A stretch of 26,568 nucleotides of DNA, from contig JAFGOA010000195.1 in assembly GCA_016926735.1 (NCBI GenBank), positions 1-26,568 of the forward strand, written 5' to 3'. Positions 23,757-26,568 of the stretch are shown here, one piece after another; the stretch's first letter is position 1; each line of letters begins with the position of its first letter. The translations under genes and the position numbers were made by a program. This DNA comes from Promethearchaeota archaeon (lineage in GTDB: Archaea; Asgardarchaeota; Lokiarchaeia; Sigyniarchaeales; SOKP01). The notes below the pieces were generated by a model. The model was given only the letters and a program-made list of their open reading frames with translations. It searched no databases and was not told the DNA's origin.

Positions 23757-26513
23757 ATGACAGAAACCACACAAAATAAAAATCATAATTTTAAAGATAA
23801 AATAGCTGAATCATTAATAGCAAAAATAAGAAAGTCTGCCAATTATTGTTATAGTTGCAATAAATGTACAAATGTATGTCCAGTATCTCATTTGGGGCTC
23901 TTTTTTCCTAGAAATTTGATAATGGACTTAATTTTTTCATCTTTAGATAAGGCTTTAGAGAATAATAATATTTGGTATTGTCTAACTTGTGGACAATGTG
24001 ATGTTTATTGTCCTATGACAAAAGGCAATATAGGTGTTAATATAGTTAATATTATCAATGAATTAAGATCTTTAACACATAAAAATGAATATTTAAAGAA
24101 TACATTGGTTAGTTGTCATCATGAAAGAATATATTCTAGTCTACCAAAACTAATGGCAGATAATAAAATAAAAATTACTAATAAATTAGGATTCTTGGAG
24201 GGAACAGGCTTAAAAATAAAAAAAAAAGGGGATACTGCATATTTTTTAGGATGTATTCCTTTTTTAAATGGTACTGCTCCATGTGTTGTTGGATGTCCTG
24301 CTGGTGTTGATGTACAAGGATATATTTCATTAATTTCAGAAGGGAAATTCCAAGAAGCTATTGATCTTATTAGAGAAAAAAATCCTCTCCCATATTTATG
24401 TGGAAGGATTTGCACAGCTCAATGTGCATTAAACTGTAACCGTCAATATTTTGATGAACCTGTTGCAATAAGAGAGTTAAAAAGATTTGTATCTGATTGG
24501 GAATCGGAACATCCTAACCAAAGTAAAATAAAACCTGTTGACCAAACGAGAGAAAAAGTAGCAATTATTGGGGCAGGACCTGCAGGATTATCTGCAGCTT
24601 ATTTCTTAGCTAGATTAGGATATAGACCTACGATTTTTGAAAAAGGAGATAAAATTGGAGGTGTTGTAAGATATGGAGTTCCTCAATATAGATTATCTGA
24701 TGAGGCTCTTAAATATGATATTGAATTTATAAAGAGTATGGGTGTAGAAATAGTATTAAATACTCCTTTTGGTGTTGATTTGACTCTTAAGGATCTAAAA
24801 AATAGAGGATTTAAAGCAGTTTTCATTGCAGTTGGGTTATATATTCCACGTACATTAAAACTTGAAGGTGAAGATCTACCTAATGTGCATGTAGCACTTG
24901 ATTTTTTATTAGAACGAAAATACAAATGTACTGAAAATTTAGAAGAATTTAAAGGAAAGACATTTGGAATAATTGGAGGTGGAGCAGTAGCAGTTGATGT
25001 TGGTGAAACAGCAATTCGATTAGGTGCAAAAAAAGTAGATCTTGTAGATATTCTTACTCAAGAAGCTTTAAAAAATGTTCTTAAAGATTTACATCATGCT
25101 GAGAAAGAAATCATGGAATATCATTTTGAAACATCGACTGTAAATATAACAAAAGAACCAAATGGTAAACTAGCCTTAAATTGTTATAAAATAAAATGGG
25201 GGGAACCAGATCCAGAAACAGGGAGAAGATCAATAAATAAAATAGAAGGATCGGAATACAAAATTTTAATTGATCATATAGTTATTGCTATTGGTCAAGG
25301 GCTTGATATTGAACCTTTAGATATTGCTACGGACAAAAAACTAAAGATTGAAAGAGGAAAAATATACGTAGATGAATTAACCTATGAAACAGGGATTCCT
25401 GGTGTATTTGCTGGAGGGGATATAATAAGTGGTTCATTAATGTGTGCAGTTGATGCAATTGGAGATGGAAGAGAGGCAGCTTTTTCTATTGATCGATATT
25501 TAAAGGGTTTAAACTTAAAAGAAAATAGAATTCGAAAGCAGAATTTAAAAAGATCTCCAATCCCAAAAAAGAATATTCAGATAAATTCATGTCAAATAAT
25601 GAACTTCCTTCCAGAAGATCGACGATTGATATGCTTTGATGAAATGGAATTAGGATATACAAAAGAGCAAGCTATAAAAGAAGCAAATCGATGTTTAAAT
25701 TGTAATTGTTGTTGTAGTTCTGATCAAATTCCTGAAGACTTTGAAAAATCTCTTGATTCATCTGGAGTTATGATATGTAATTATGGAAACCAAGATAATT
25801 GGAAATCAATTAATTCACCAGATTATTTACAAATACCAAAAAGTGTTATTGGAATATTAAATCAAAATAATAAAATTCCAGTAGTTTTAAATGATGAAAG
25901 ATGTTGTGGTCATGATATATTAGCAAGAGGAGATTTAGACTCTTTTAAAAAACTTGCAGACTATAATGTCAAATTGTTTAAAGATGCTGGAGTAAAAAAA
26001 ATAATCTTTAGTTGTGCAGAGGGATATTATACATGGAAGAATAATTATAAGGCTTTATTTAAAAAAGAGGATTTTAATTTTGAAATATATCATATTACAG
26101 AATATATTATTAAAGAGAAACTGATTGAAAATACAAATTTTCCTCAATTAGATAATATAAGAGTAACTTATCATGATGCCTGCAGACTTGGGAGATTAAG
26201 CGGGATATATGATGAACCACGTGAAATACTAACACATATACCTGGTATTGAACTTGTTGAAATGAAAAATTCTCGAGAAGATGCTGATTGTTGCGGTATT
26301 AATGCCTATATTAATTGTGATCAAATAACAAAGAATCTTCAAAAAGATAGGATCCAGCAAGCCATTGATGTTGGGGCTGAATATTTGATTACTTCTTGTC
26401 CTAAATGTCTAACACATTTTAATTGCTATTTAAATGAAAATAAAGAATTAAAAAACAAAATTAAAGTTATTGACCTTATAAGTTTACTTGGAAAAAGATT
26501 GTTCCTTATTTGA
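23757..26513 (+). CDS. Heterodisulfide reductase-like fusion: HdrC-type 2x[4Fe-4S] + GltD/NfnB-type FAD/NAD(P)H module + two CCG domains
   Basis: CYSCNKCTNVCP, CLTCGQCDVYCP; APCVVGCP...CGRIC...CALNCNR; VAIIGAGPAGL; IIGGGAVA; VFAGGD; EANRCLNC; ERCCG...SCAEG; TYHDACRLGR...DCCG...TSCPKC. Confidence 0.9.
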   Translation: MTETTQNKNHNFKDKIAESLIAKIRKSANYCYSCNKCTNVCPVSHLGLFFPRNLIMDLIFSSLDKALENNNIWYCLTCGQCDVYCPMTKGNIGVNIVNIINELRSLTHKNEYLKNTLVSCHHERIYSSLPKLMADNKIKITNKLGFLEGTGLKIKKKGDTAYFLGCIPFLNGTAPCVVGCPAGVDVQGYISLISEGKFQEAIDLIREKNPLPYLCGRICTAQCALNCNRQYFDEPVAIRELKRFVSDWESEHPNQSKIKPVDQTREKVAIIGAGPAGLSAAYFLARLGYRPTIFEKGDKIGGVVRYGVPQYRLSDEALKYDIEFIKSMGVEIVLNTPFGVDLTLKDLKNRGFKAVFIAVGLYIPRTLKLEGEDLPNVHVALDFLLERKYKCTENLEEFKGKTFGIIGGGAVAVDVGETAIRLGAKKVDLVDILTQEALKNVLKDLHHAEKEIMEYHFETSTVNITKEPNGKLALNCYKIKWGEPDPETGRRSINKIEGSEYKILIDHIVIAIGQGLDIEPLDIATDKKLKIERGKIYVDELTYETGIPGVFAGGDIISGSLMCAVDAIGDGREAAFSIDRYLKGLNLKENRIRKQNLKRSPIPKKNIQINSCQIMNFLPEDRRLICFDEMELGYTKEQAIKEANRCLNCNCCCSSDQIPEDFEKSLDSSGVMICNYGNQDNWKSINSPDYLQIPKSVIGILNQNNKIPVVLNDERCCGHDILARGDLDSFKKLADYNVKLFKDAGVKKIIFSCAEGYYTWKNNYKALFKKEDFNFEIYHITEYIIKEKLIENTNFPQLDNIRVTYHDACRLGRLSGIYDEPREILTHIPGIELVEMKNSREDADCCGINAYINCDQITKNLQKDRIQQAIDVGAEYLITSCPKCLTHFNCYLNENKELKNKIKVIDLISLLGKRLFLI

Positions 26514-26568
26514 ATTCATTTTTTATTTTTTTTAAAAATTAACTTAAAAATATAAAAGAACTTGGTTT

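Noticed and set aside
24119-24925. Two minus-strand ORFs (98 and 80 aa)
   Set aside because: Antisense shadows of the Hdr-like fusion.

Overview
Very AT-rich archaeal chromosomal window with about 25 protein genes. Alba, a Sec11-type signal peptidase, a Taw2/Trm5-family enzyme, several stand-alone 7TM membrane proteins and an Hdr-type fusion point to an Asgard archaeon, most like Lokiarchaeia (inference, no phylogeny run). I saw no rRNA, tRNA or CRISPR array. The ORF track does not explain four things. (1) A run of five hairpins at 653-814 has a TATA-like box upstream, a U-rich tail and an Sm-site-like AAUUUUUGA before the last hairpin, and lies divergent from a Whirly-like protein gene. (2) A 288-bp protein-free IS200/IS605-type element (14143-14430) retains an omegaRNA-like fold and supplies the stop codon of its host gene; removing it restores a clean C-terminus. 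(3) An M28/glutaminyl-cyclase-like gene is about 165 codons longer than called, has no canonical in-frame start, and precedes signal peptidase I. (4) Several proteins have unusual architectures: a cytoplasmic multi-beta-sandwich protein with mu-adaptin-like motifs, a GIFT/IFT52-like domain fused to a ribbon-helix-helix, an HdrD-like protein with a GltD/NfnB module inside its first CCG domain, and a 7TM-HisKA lacking its ATPase domain. All family calls come from motif recognition by eye and need HMM or structure confirmation.
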